Source: Raillietiella orientalis
Lineage: Eukaryota
Direction: 5' to 3'
Length of the DNA: 64,000 nt
Assembly: GCA_036172245.1 (NCBI GenBank)
Contig: JAYWIR010000008.1
Coordinates: 4,092,001 to 4,156,000 of the forward strand
This document shows, piece after piece, positions 1 to 12,959 of the stretch. Numbering within the stretch: the first letter of the stretch is position 1; every line of letters starts with the position of its first letter. The notes under the pieces were generated by a model, which ran no database searches, was not told the origin of the DNA, and saw nothing but the letters and a program-made list of their open reading frames with translations. The position numbers and the translations under genes are program-made.

Positions 1-3000
1 ACATGGTTCCGGAGTTAGGTAGAGGGGCATTTCCACCTTACCCCTTCCCGCCGGGCCTGCAGCCCGCAAGAGATCCTTGGGAAGGCGGGGGTTGGAACCA
101 CCTGCACGACGAAACCATCTGGAAGAGGCACTTCATCGCGCAGCAGGGAGCAAAGGGCAACGGAGGGTTCGCAAGGGAAGGCAGACGCCGCCCCGGGAGA
201 ATCTGCGAACGCGGAAGACTCCGAGAGGCAGGCTGGGGAGGAGGCGCTCACCCGAGGAGTATCGCCGCCGCCAGACCTTTCTGCGAACGTTCCCGCTCGT
301 GTGGCGCTGGTCGGAATCCTGGCTCAGACGAGGGCTCAGCCCTGACCACTGCCATGGGGAACCTTCGACGCGAAACCCCGGCAACACGCCTGACCCCTCC
401 TCCCGCGAGGGAGCTCCAGCGTTCGCGCGTCCGAGAGACTCACCAGCATCCCCACGTGGCTGCCCGGCGGCGTCTGGAAAATTCCCGAGACACCGTCCGA
501 GGACCACGCGGCGCTCTAGCGCCTTGATCGGGGCAAAGCAGCGGCGCCGTAACCTCCGGTCGCCGAGTTCGCAACCGCGTGCGAAGTTACGAAGATGCAA
601 ACATGGCTTTGAAGGGGAGGAGGGGAGGGGAAGGGGGAGTGCGCGCGCACTCGGCCACGGTCCCTGTGTATGTGAGGATGTCCTCCTCTCGGCTGCAGCC
701 GCCAGGAGTGGCGTAAAAGAAACGTCTTTGTGCGTCGTTTTGCCGCATCCCTCAATGCGAGCATCACGCAGTGGGGGACAGAGGCGCGTCCGTTTGGACT
801 GTGCCGCGATTTTTTATTTGCGCACTAATTAACGCACCCAATGAACTCGCCGTTTTGTTTTTGTTTTTTTTTCGGTTTTATTATTTTCCTCTCTTTTGTT
901 CTCTTCATTCTGGGAGGGGTGGGGGGAAGAGGAGGAGCACGCGGGTGCTCGTCTCACGTCACCTGGAAGCGAGTGAGCTGCGCGGTCACTTCGTGGCGCG
1001 GGGAAAGCGCGGCCGTGCTATGCGTGGACCTGCTGTACTCCCCCTTTTCAATCAGGGCGCATGAGCGCGTCTCGGCTTCGTGAAAATTCGTGATTATACA
1101 AAAGCGCGCATGGCAGTGTTTTAGCAGGAAAATAAAACGGGGACAAAAAAAATGGTTCCAGCAGCCTCCATAATCAGCGTGCGACAGAGCCGTTCCGAAG
1201 AGCGTGATGCCAGGGATGGAGGAACATAAATTTTATACGGTCTGCTGGAATCGTGCCGTTGTACCTGCGGAGGATCCATCACGCGCGTTTAATTCCGGGG
1301 TGTTCCGGGGAAGTTCGTTCTCGAAAATGGCTGACGCTCCGTCGTTCTTCCGCCGTGATCGACCTTAAATGATCCTCCGGCTCTTCGGTATCGAAAGGAG
1401 TTCAGGGGCAGCTGATTAGCCGACTCATAAGGGAAGCACTCGCAGTTCGGTATCTCCCATTAGGGCGCAGTAAAAAGGAGCATCCCATCAGCGTCCTCCT
1501 CACTTGCATCCGTGGCGAGGACTCCGCTCTCCTCTCATCCTGAATGCCAGTAAACAACCACGTGCCCATCTGAACGCGTGCTGGGGAAGCGGCGCTCCTC
1601 CTTCGGTCCACTCCTGGCGCGCCACCTCCTCCTCCACTCGTGACCTTCTCTGGATGGCCGGCGTGCCGGACTCCTCCCTCCGTCCACTTCTCCGTCGCGG
1701 GCATTTCGCGATCTCCACTGGCGCGGCGCCACCCCCAGAAAAGCGCGCCCTGTCGCAGGATCCTTCCCTCCCCGCGTGCCCCCTCGTCACGGGACGCAAC
1801 TTGCGGCCCTCGGCAAGAGGGCCGGATATGAGCCGAGGCAGAGCGTAGGCGCAGAGGCTTTTTCGGTTCCGGAAGAACGGGGACAGCCCGCAAGGAACGG
1901 GGATCCACGCATGCCGCCTGAATTTCCGGGAGTGAGCGCGCATCCTAGAGGCTCCGCGCCGAACTTCCGCTAGAGGCCTCTGGCGAGCTTTTCCGTCGAG
2001 GGACGCCTTCCCCTCCCCCTACCTCCTCGTTCCCGGCGTCACCGAGGCAACAGAGCGGGCAGGCGTCGCAAGAGCGGCGACGGAAGGCGAAGGGTGGCCC
2101 AGGAGCATCAGGCGAGCAGGGAGGCAGCCGGCCTTCCGCGTCCGACCCGGTCCATCGCCGGCGACGGACGCGAAGGTGCTGCTGCAGAGCACTCTGCCAG
2201 TCTCCACTTCCTCCTACGCCAAGAGGCCAGAGTGTGAGAGAGGAGGGGTTCCAAGCCACTCCGCCCCCCGCGTGTGCCGCCGGCGGTTCCCTTGACAACC
2301 CGACGAGGCGAAACGACCTCCGTCCCGTCCCTCCCTCGCCTCCTGCGCGCGAGTTTGTTCCTGGCAACAAACAGGAAGTCGCGTCGAGAGATGGAAGGGT
2401 CGTCCGACTTTCGTGGTGCCGCAGTGGAGCTGCGCACCTCCGGAGCCACGGGATGCGCGCAGCCTCCGAAGAGCCGCAGTCGTCGCCAGTGGGCGGTGAC
2501 GCAGCTTCCCGTCGCCGCCGCCGCCGCCGCCGCCACGAGCTCGGGTCGAACCGGGCTGTCTTCCTCCTCCTCGGCGCGCGAGGCCACCGCTTTGACCTCT
2601 CTCTCTCACTCTCTCTCTCCTAGGAGCGCGCTTCCAGTGGGAACGTGCTCATCGCGGTCCCGCGCTTTTTCGTTCGCCTTCGCAACGGTTGTCCGGGAGA
2701 CGCTTCGGTTCGTTCCGCCCGTTCTTCAACGTCCGCTTGGCGAGTCCACGCTTCTCGGCAGTTGCCTCCCCCTTCGAAGACCGCGCCCTGCGTCCTTCGA
2801 GCGCCTCCCGCGAAGAGTAGCCGGCCGACCGCGCCGCTCCGCAGGGTGCCACCCCCTCCTCCACGAAGTGGATCCATTGTGTTTCCTTGGAATCCATTTC
2901 AACTTCAGTGGCGCTCGGCCAGAGTGCCATGCTCTTCTCTGGATGGTCGGCAGACGCTTGGTTCGTCTTCCTTCCTTCCGTCGACGCCGCTGCCTGTCTG

Positions 3001-3511
3001 GAAACGTTTCCTCTCTTTTTCGGTCCGTGACCCCACCTTGCCGGTGAGCCGGACGACGCGGAAGATCCGTGACACGAGCGCTTCCCGAAGCACGGATGAA
3101 GCGGGCGATCTGTTGAAACGGTGGGAGGCGGGAAGGAGGAAGCGGGGACGAGAGAGGATTCGGGAGCTTTCGGGGACGTCGGAAGGACTACTTTCTTCTT
3201 CTCATCACGACGGATGTGTTCCTCCGAACCGTGCAGGCAGAGTGCGGCGTGTCCTTGCACGCGCGCGCAACGAGACAACCGCGGAAGCTGACCGCCTCCA
3301 GTGGTGGGCACGAAACGAACATCCGCAGCATCCGAAGAGACGCGCCAACAGAGAGAGACGTATTTGCGGAGGGCTGTACGCTCGGGGTCGAAAGGGAGCT
3401 GTCGGAATGGTTCCGCTGCCCGGGGACGGACACGTACGCGGACACAAGAGCGCGTAACACGTGTACTCGTGTGTTTCCCCCACGGGAACGAGCGGAAGCC
3501 TTGTTCCGCAG

Positions 3512-6500
3512 CTCGCACCAACTGGGAGCAGCAAACCGCGGGTGTTGTTTTTGTTTTCGTGCCTTGTTGGTGGCGGCTTTGCCCTCCTTCCTTCCCCTCT
3601 GGGCTCCCTCCCCAGTCCCGGCTGGCTGTCTGAGCCTTGCCGCCCCACGTTCGGACCCAGATCAGCCTGCAGATAAACCTCTTTATCTATCGGTCGTCGG
3701 TTGTGGGTTTCCGTTCGATTTACGGGCCTCTCGAGCTTTTGCTGTCATTTCCAGGATCGCTGCAGTTCCGCAAATCTCTGCAGAACCTGACCAAGGAAGT
3801 GGGCGACAACGTGCGCTTCAAGTGCGAGGTGAAAGGAGATTCTTCCACTGTGAAATTCACGTGGCTCAAAAACGACGCTCCGCTCATCGAGGAGAAAGGC
3901 CGGGTGACGGCCAGAAGATACCGTCTGGAAAATGGTTACGGGTCCAAGCTGAAGATATTCGATCTGGACGTCCATGACATGGGTTTCTACACGTGCGAAG
4001 TGAGCGACGGGAGAACGCGCATGGACACGACGGGCATTCTGATTGTCAGAATAAATGATTGGAGTACGTAGGTATGCTGCCTGGAGATTATTCTAACCGG
4101 TCCCTTTATGTTTCAGAGAAAGGGCAAGCTCTGGTTCCGCATCTTGACACTGCAGAAATTTATCCTGATTTACCTGGATTTCATGGAAGGTCTTTTTCAT
4201 TGAAAAATTTGGGTTCTGGTTGTGTTGTTGGTGGGTTTCACGGAACGATTCCGCCCCCTCCCTTCCCCTTCGGATTCCACCCGGAGCGCAGTCCGATGTT
4301 TTATTCGATCCCGAAATCGTATCTGATAAGAAGAATACGGATGCATTCTTTCGAGACTGCCGGGCCAGTCTCTTTAAAGGGAACTCGCGTTCACGTCTGC
4401 TGCCTCTTCTTGCATGGGCTGAACGCTTGGGAGCGGCAGCCATCGGGGGGGGGGGGGGGCTCCCCAGAGGATGCAGGGATGCCCTCAAACGAATGTACGC
4501 CCAGCAAATCTCGCTGTTGTGCACCAGCATGAATAAGCATCGTGCCTCACCAATTCACCCCGTCTGTGGCATGTCCATGGAGCTACACTTCGTTCGATAT
4601 TTCAGTTTTTTCAAAAAAAAATTAATTTAAATTTGGAAAAATGCAAAACTCGTTTATTGCTATTTTGTGGTAGTGGTTTTTTTTTTTTGTGTGTTTGTTT
4701 GTTTTCCTTAATGGGATAGGTTGCCGGATTTTAACACGGCCTTGGAATTCGAGAGTATGCTCCCACAGTTCCCCAAGAGTGAATTTGATTTCGAAGACAG
4801 CAAATTTGACGAGGAGGAAGGTCACTGCGAAGTCTACCACGGAAAGGCTTGTGGGGCATACATCGGGAACAACACCATATTTGTGAAGTCGATTTCTGCC
4901 CAGAGACTGCTAGAAGAAAGATTGGTTGAAGCATTCACAGTAATTCTTCATTCGAGGTACGAAGGGTTGGTTCGAAAGGGTGCTCGTCGCTTGAAACCCC
5001 ACCCCAAACCATCAGAATTTTTAACCGAGGGCTTCTTGGGCCGGCATTTGGCAACGCATGCATAGTAACGGATGCTGTGGAAAGCTTTTCCTCAGCACCA
5101 AACACTTTTGGTTCACCTTGGAAAACAGAAAAGCGAATACGAAACAATAAAAAGTGCATTGATTTAAGGTCACTTTTCGTGTGTGTGTGTGTGTGTGTGT
5201 TTCTTACGATTGCCAAAATGGGCAAAGATCAAAAGTTTTTTGATTCTTCTTCTTCGTCTTCCCGCCCCGCTCCCCTCCCTCCCTCCCTCCCTTTTTTTTA
5301 ACCACCCGACAACGACAACCCATTTTAGGCATATGTCCCCGATGTGTTCGAAGTTTGCGATCCCAACCCTGTGCTTCACCACGTTTCCGTTTTGTGACAT
5401 GAGGAAGTCAAAACCGAAACTGCTGCACATCTGCCGAGACGAATGTGAGCAGCTCACCAGGGATATCTGCCCGCAAGAATACGCCGCCGCCAAGAGGCAC
5501 AACTGGTTCTCCGGGTACATACTCCCCAACTGCGAGTCGCTCCCACCTGTTTCCCCCCTGTCCATAAACAACTGCATTCAGCTCGGCCTGCGCAGGGTCC
5601 AGATTAACGAAGGTAAGCAGCAGCGGCGGCGTGTGTACGCACCCGGAACAACCCCGCATGATGCACGCAATCCAGGCGAATCGTGTTTCGACGGAGACGG
5701 GAGCGTGTACAGAGGTACCAGGAACTACACGATCTCCGGATTCCCGTGCCTCAAATGGAACCAGAAGATGTTCCTGAAAATGACCGAGTACCCAGAGTTG
5801 ATTGGAGGGCACAACTACTGCCGAAACCCCGGTGGCAAAGAACCCCAGCCGTGGTGCTTTGTTGCAGAGCACATGATGAAAGAAATATGTGACATACGAA
5901 GATGCGGAGGTAGCAAGTAGCACTTGTGCCTCCTCCTTGCAACCGAAAATCTCTTTCAGAAGATAATTTACGGTTATACGTCATTTTGTCATGCCTGGGT
6001 GCGCTGGTGATAATCATCGTCCTCATAGTACTGTGGATTTGCAAAAAGTCAAGGATATCGAAACCTCCACCCAAGAACGAATCGTTATTCAGACAACACC
6101 ATCACGTAGAAATGCATTCTTTACTCAATAAGGGGATATTAGCGATCCCTGAAATCCCAAGGGGAAACATATGTTTCGCAAAACAAATTGGAGAAGGCTC
6201 ATTTGGTGAGTACATTACTCAAAAATACGCCGAACTGTAAACCTCACGTTAGGAAAAACGTACAAGGGTGAATTACGAGTACAGGAACTGCAGCTGGCAC
6301 ATCCCACCACGGTGGCCGTGAAAATACTCAAGGAAAAGGCGACAACCAAACTGCAAAAGGACTTTCAAAATGTAGCCTGCCTCATGTCTGAATTATCCCA
6401 TCCAAACATTCTTACAATGATCGGGGCCAGCTTCAAGGAAGAACCGTGGTGCATGATATTTGAATACATGTCTTTGGGAAACCTGCACCAGTTCCTCCTG

Positions 6501-7274
6501 AAGCATGCCCCTCACAATGAAGGGAACCCTTCCCTTTCAACAGAGGACATGCTGTGCATTGCTGCTCAGATTGCAGCAGGGATGGAATATTTGGCCGGAC
6601 GACATTATGTGCATCGCAGTCTCTGCTCCTACAGCTGTTTGGTCGCTGAGAGGCTTGTTGTGAAGATTAGCGATTTCGGGGTGACGCTGGATGTTCGTTA
6701 CAACTCGAAAGCCTCGCTTCCAGTGCGGTGGATGGCTCCCGAATGTTTGATATATGGAACCTTCACGATATATTCGGACATTTGGAGTTTCGGAGTTGTC
6801 CTCTGGGAAATATTCAGTTATGGGTTGCAGGTAAGTCAAAGTCGATATTTTGCCAGCTAATAAGCTACTCTCTTCACATAGCCATATTATGGATATAGCA
6901 ACTCAAAAGTGGTTTCCATGGTGCGAAAAAGGCAGCTGCTTTCAAGTCCTGATGACTGCCCACCTACAGTGTATGCTATGATGTACGAATGTTGGCAAGA
7001 GACACCATGCCAACGGCCGCCTTTTGCCGAGTTGCATTGTCATCTGTTAGGGTGGCAAAAAGCATTAGCTCCCCCAAGTCAGAGCAGCTGCACTCACTGT
7101 AGTAGTAATAGCAATGGGCCTAGCAACACTACTACAAGTACTTCTCTGACTCAACTAAAAGCCACCGGAAGCATTCCATCCCCTCAGTCAAACAGAATCA
7201 ATTGTGTTGTGAACACACAATGGCAACCTTGTCCCATTGCCAAAGTACCTGAATCACGTATTTCAAATATCTGA
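3512..7274 (+). CDS. Ror: ROR-family receptor tyrosine kinase (Ig, Frizzled-CRD, Kringle, TM, kinase); multi-exon; 5' end uncertain
   Basis: Confident GT-AG exons: 3755-4063 (Ig: VRFKCEVKG..FTWLKND..DMGFYTC), 4117-4189, 4720-4956 and 5329-5612 (CRD), 5676-5909 (kringle: YRGTRNYTISGFPCLKW..HNYCRNPGG..PWCF), 5960-6205 (TM and GEGSFG), 6253-6830 and 6882-7274 (kinase: VAVK, DFG, LPVRWMAPE, SDIWSFGVVLWE). A likely signal-peptide exon lies at 3512-3699. The start codon would be in an upstream phase-2 exon, either ending at 3043 or spanning 3407-3453. Confidence 0.92.
5179..5200. repeat. (GT)n microsatellite in a ROR intron
   Basis: About 11 GT units. Confidence 0.9.
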
Positions 7275-7331
7275 AGCCAAAAAGATATAGAGGGGAAGCC
7301 CAGTTTATATAATTTACAACTCTTCAGTGTA

Positions 7332-10300
7332 TCATGTTTCTGCAGCATGCAACATTGTACAGGAATGGCTACCGCGAATGCACATCCTGTTCTTTTGTAC
7401 ATCAGCTATTTGCATGCAAGACTGGCTGCATCGGAATTCTTCCAACAGTTTTGGAAAGCAAACTTTACAGTTTTCAGCAACATCTGATGCAACTACAACA
7501 GGTCCACCTGGCTGCAAAACACAACTCAACATACCTACACTGAAGGGCAATAGCTCAACTCACTTCATTGCTAAGCAGAGATCCTGCTAAAGACACCAAA
7601 CTGGCCTGATCAGGAAGATTGGCATTGGTTTGCTGCTGCCCTTCCTCTTGCCTGAAAACACAAAAAGAAACACGACATGATCGCTAAAAAACTTACACAT
7701 GGCATCCTCCAAGCAAAAGCTGATGTTGAGCATCAGTGGAATCTGAACAGTACTGCTGCCCTTGTGAACTATTGTCTAAACTTGAGCTCCTCCCAGAAAA
7801 TAACGATAATTCACCAAATGATGGATTTGATACTGCATTATTGTTCTCTGAAAATATACTTCGAATAATATAATTAGAATACATGTCATCTTCACCAGTC
7901 TTCATGGCCATGGCATCTGTATTCTCAGATGGCTCTGGATGGACTCCACTCAAAATGCATAAGCACATGTTTTTACACAGATACATTGGAATAACTCCAT
8001 AGACATAAAACAATAATACTGGAACTCCTATAGCTACTGTAAGACCAGCAATAAGGGGTGACAACAACACTGCAGCAGAAACTGCTGCACAAGTTGTTAA
8101 AAACCGTCGAGAGCGGCACTGAGTTCTTAAACGAATATGCACCTTACGTCCAATCCAGATTGGAATACCTGGAATTTTAACCGCTTGCTGATGATCAACA
8201 TCATTATCAACAGTCATCTCACCAATAATCATTGCAGGTACAGCTAACCCCGCAATTAAACTAATGCCAACAGGTGCACCCACCAAAGTTCCAAATTGCC
8301 ATAATAATTTCTTTTTTTTGCTCCAGGGCTTTTTACCCCAAAATGTACAACCAGAAGGACTGAAAAAGTATTGAGTACTATACTGTCAACTGCCAATGAT
8401 CAGTTTGTTGTACCTTAAATAGTGCAAATCAGTAATGTGCTGCATACAAAGCCAACAGAATTCCATACCACACACAATGCAGGTCATGTGATTACATGAA
8501 CCATCATGCATTTTGGTGATTAATGCATTACATCCCGGGCACAGCTTGATCTGGTCTCCTTGTATGCATATTAACACCATGAAAAGCTGTACAAAAAGCT
8601 TACGGTTTGAAGTTTCCAAATTAAGTCCAAAGAAAATGTCTGACTGAAGTGAACGCAAAGCCCTGGCAGCATCACAAGTTTGATTATTGTGCCACACTTC
8701 TTTACAATGATAACAAAAATACGTTTTACATCCAGGACGACAACACTGTAATTTGGGACAACAAGCACAACCACTGGCTATCACAGCATAAGTACAATTG
8801 GGAGCAGGACACCATCGTATATCTGGTTCTACAGCCAGCACACGTCGCAACATGAATTCTTCATATTTTGACAATAGCACATCAGCATTTTTCAGAGTGT
8901 TATATAAATCTTGGAAGACAAAAAATCCCTGTACTTCCCATATCAATATTACATTGTCATTAACATACACTCTAAAACAATTAAAACTTTCTGAGATTAT
9001 CTACCTCATTTAGGCACATGCAACATTAAACTAAACAGCTATTAAATGCAGCATGCAACTGTATCATTTTCTAAACTCCGATAAGACAGATCGAGAATCA
9101 TACAGATACGTGTTTCTTTACACAATCAGGGCGATAACACGAGAAGAACTAGCAAAATAAGTGTTTCATAAAAAGGGAAGAACTCGGATCTACAGTTTTT
9201 TTTTTTTGATACACAAGTTTTACAAATGTCAAATATACAGTTTTAAACATACACTCTCATAAGCACCAAGCCCCACTACTTATTACGTACCACTTGCAAA
9301 TTGAAAAGCAATCTTAGCGATAATGGGTACTTGAGTTACTACTACTCAAATGAATAAAAGCAACTAGTTCTTACCATTGGGATGCATCAATTCAGAACAT
9401 TGAGGGCATCTAATCTGCGTACGAAACTCATTTATTTCAACTTCAAAATACTTTCTTAGACAGTGATCACAGCTTAAATGGTTGCAATTCAAAAGTGCAG
9501 GAAAGTGTTTACGGGGAAGCACATCCAAACAAAGGGGACACTCAAGGAAATCAGGATTCTACAAGCCAAATCATTATGAAAAACTAAGCTACAACAGCTT
9601 ATAATAATTCCATCAATAAAAACAACATTCCATCTTACAGGAATCTCTTCAAACAAAACACTCTTACAAACAGTTCATTTTCTGAGAGAGAGAACAAAAT
9701 CAATTATCATAACGTAAACTGTAACTGGCTTCTCAACATTACATTAGAACTTCTTGAGCTGTGGAAACCAGTAATGGTAAATGAAAAACATACCAAATGA
9801 AAGAATTATTAATTTCATTTTTTCTCTAGACATTTAATATTATAAGATCTTTTTTATTGCCTTAATTGTAAAAAATCTTATACTTATAGGAGGGCTCCTC
9901 ATAACTTTAATAAACACACAGCAAAACTCAGTATATTGTTCAAAATGTTAGTACCATATATTCAGGATATTGAAATTGCTCACTTATGCATCAATACAAA
10001 TAAACACATAACAAATCAATGTATAACTGGTACGTTTATTGTCAGAATATCAAGTTCACATACTGAATGGAATTAATTATGGAAACTTAATTGTTGATTT
10101 AACCTTCTAGAATGACTTTCATTACAAACAATAATCAGACTTCATAAAAAATTAAACACCTACTAGCATATCTAATTAATCACACAGATGTACATTTAAA
10201 AACTCCAGTGAGAATTTGCATTTCAAGGACTGATTTAATGAATAATTTTGCTTCAAATAAATCGAAATAAGATATCTTCATGATAACAGGATCACTTGAT

Positions 10301-10995
10301 GGATACAGGGCAACACAAAACCCAATTGAAAAGCATACAAAATTTTGCTTTTTGATACTGAGGCATTCTTTTGGAGTGACAGAGTGAACATATTCAAGAG
10401 CACCATTTAATTTGGGCACCTTTATGTAGTTGTGCTTTTGAATATTTCCCTACTACCAACAAAACCAACAGATGTTTTTCAGTATCTTCAATGTAAAATT
10501 GTTTTTGTTTACAATTTTCAAAAGACACAAATTCACAGTAATTCAGAAATTTACCCCAAATACAGTCATTATAGGTTTATCAAATGCAAACAGAAAAAAG
10601 AAAACACAAAAAACATGAGCAATGGTAAATGAATTTTATAATCTTACGGAGTCTTCCTGTTTACCCGCTGTGGAGTACACATGCTCACATAATGATAAGG
10701 ATAATGATGCTGTTTCAGACATTCCATCATCATAATTATTTACGTCCGATAAGTTTGTTTCTAAAACGAATCCACAATTTAGGGCATGCATAACCACCAC
10801 ACAATCATACACACTTTTATAAATGTTGGTTTTTAGATTTTTCTTCTGCTTATTTCTTCTAACCAAAGAATTGCAGCACAAACGGCGCAAACTCATCCGC
10901 TGAAAAAAGCTTTCTTTATGAGCAGTACTGAAGTTTTCTTTGGATAACGGTACACCATAATCAACATCTGATGCTGACGATTTGCAGGAATACAT
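7332..10995 (-). CDS. RNF19: RBR-type E3 ubiquitin ligase, RNF19/Dorfin-like; multi-exon
   Basis: ATG at 10995. RING1 exon at about 9375-9557 ([26 protein letters not shown]). IBR ([21 protein letters not shown]) and RING2 ([26 protein letters not shown]) follow. Then [21 protein letters not shown] hydrophobic segments typical of RNF19. C-terminal exons ([13 protein letters not shown]; last exon 7332-7511) are less certain. Confidence 0.9.
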
Positions 10996-12959
10996 TAAGA
11001 CAAGCAGAATATGTACAACGACAAGAAAGAGTCAACAATTTTCTGGTATGCAGTCAAAATTGCCCTTGTCGGCATATTAGTCTTAAATTTATTCACATAT
11101 CTACAAATGAAAAAAGTTTCGTTAAAATTTCTTCAACCACAACTGCGTAGAATTCTACGACAATTGCAGATTTGTTCCAAACTTTCCAAAAACCCACCGC
11201 GTATGTTTACCAACCACGACACAAAAGCATAAAAGTACGAGTTTGAAAACACTGCAGTGTGCAGATCAGTGTCCAAAGGCATTCAGCCACTGACATTGTA
11301 ACATTTGGGGCCGACCACACTGTGTCTTCTTGGAAACACAAATGCCATAAGGCGCACACTTCTCGTTGCTGCTTAAAAGACAGGAGTGACATTAATGACC
11401 AGGAAGAGGAAAAAAACACACACTTTTGCCGTCGCAGATCGACATGAAAACGGTGGTGAAGGTTGGGGTGTTCCAACCACGGTCCGTGTTAGATACAAAA
11501 ACGAATTTGCAAATTCGTTCCCAAAACACGAATGTTTCCAAAACGCATCCGTTGCCAGACGCTGCAAACCCGACCGTGACTTCCACTGCCTTCGTTCGGA
11601 AAAACCGACTCAGCTGAAAATTTCGGTCGAAAAACAGAAAAACAGAGGGAAAAAAAAGAAAGATTCATTCGTGTTTCTGGGAGTGGCTGGAACATTTTCT
11701 TCTCGGAGTGCATTGCAACTCGCCTGAAAACAACTGATCCACTTTAAGATGAAAAATTCGGATCATCCAATGATTCGTTCACAAATCAACCTGATCTTCT
11801 GAGGTAAACAAATAATGGAATGTTCACATAGAAGTCTGCTAATATTTCTCCTCTTTGAAGTTCCTGAAGGTTCAGAGAGATGTCTTAAAATGGTAGAAAT
11901 AATTGTTTTACTGGGTTTAGTTTGCTCAGGATCAGCAAGTTTGGCAGAGTCAGATTGATTTCTTTACTGACTTTCCGAATAGCTTCGTTGAAAGGAACAG
12001 GATTTATTGATACGCTGAACAGAAGATATTTTGGATTCTAGCATAGGAAAAAAAAATACGAATTTCAAATCATTTTCTAATAGCTGTGGGGGTGATCCAA
12101 ACACCAATGAATTGAGCTCCATGTAAGCAAAGGTGTGAACTTCACTGGAGCAGTACCACCTCGATTTTCAGCTGGTACTGAGTATGCAAATCATCAACCT
12201 CACCTCGTTTTCATAAAATAGCAAGACTTTTGTAAAGATCATTGAAACGAAACACAAGGGAACACTAAGGGTACATTTGATTGAAAGTATGATCGACTTT
12301 ACTTGCATCAGACACTTAAATTATTCGCTTTGTGCTTGGATGCTTTGATGTTTTTATTTAACATGAGAAAAACTTGGCACAAACAGAAAGAACACTTTTG
12401 TAATTCAGAAAACACGGTGCTACATACGGATTGAAAATGTTCAATTTCTTGATTTCCAGAAAGAAGGGATCGAATTTTTCCATTCTTTCTGATCCGAACC
12501 TAACTACTAGAAACTTAGATAGACTATACTAGAGACATAAGGGAAACTCCAGTGAGCATTCCCGGACAGGAATAGCAGGGAACATTCTCAGAGAACATGG
12601 CTTGAATTGGAAGCTATGGCAACACTGAAATTTTATAATCAAAACGTATACAAATTTAGAATCGGAATTCGGAAAATATTAGAAACATCAGATACGATGA
12701 TATCAGGAACAACTTCGAATTAATGAACATTCTGAATGACGATCATATTTTGAATTATAAAGGCTATGATTCGAAAATACCGACAGCTGAAAAGACTCCG
12801 GTCGCTGAATTATAATTTCATATTAGGTAATTATACGTTCCATTATGCATTACTTATTATTATTATGCATTATTTATTATCAGTTGATTCCCTTTTCTAC
12901 AAAAGAACCAACCAGTGGCGCCTCGACAGAGATAGGTTTTATCGATGCCTCAGGCAACC

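Noticed and set aside
1111..1128. tggcagtgttttagcagg resembles the 5' part of miR-34
   Set aside because: The 3' end diverges and no complementary star arm or pre-miRNA hairpin is nearby.
1..2300. Many overlapping 100-250 aa ORFs on both strands
   Set aside because: Arg/Gly/Pro/Ala-rich with no domain motifs; expected shadow ORFs in GC-rich DNA.
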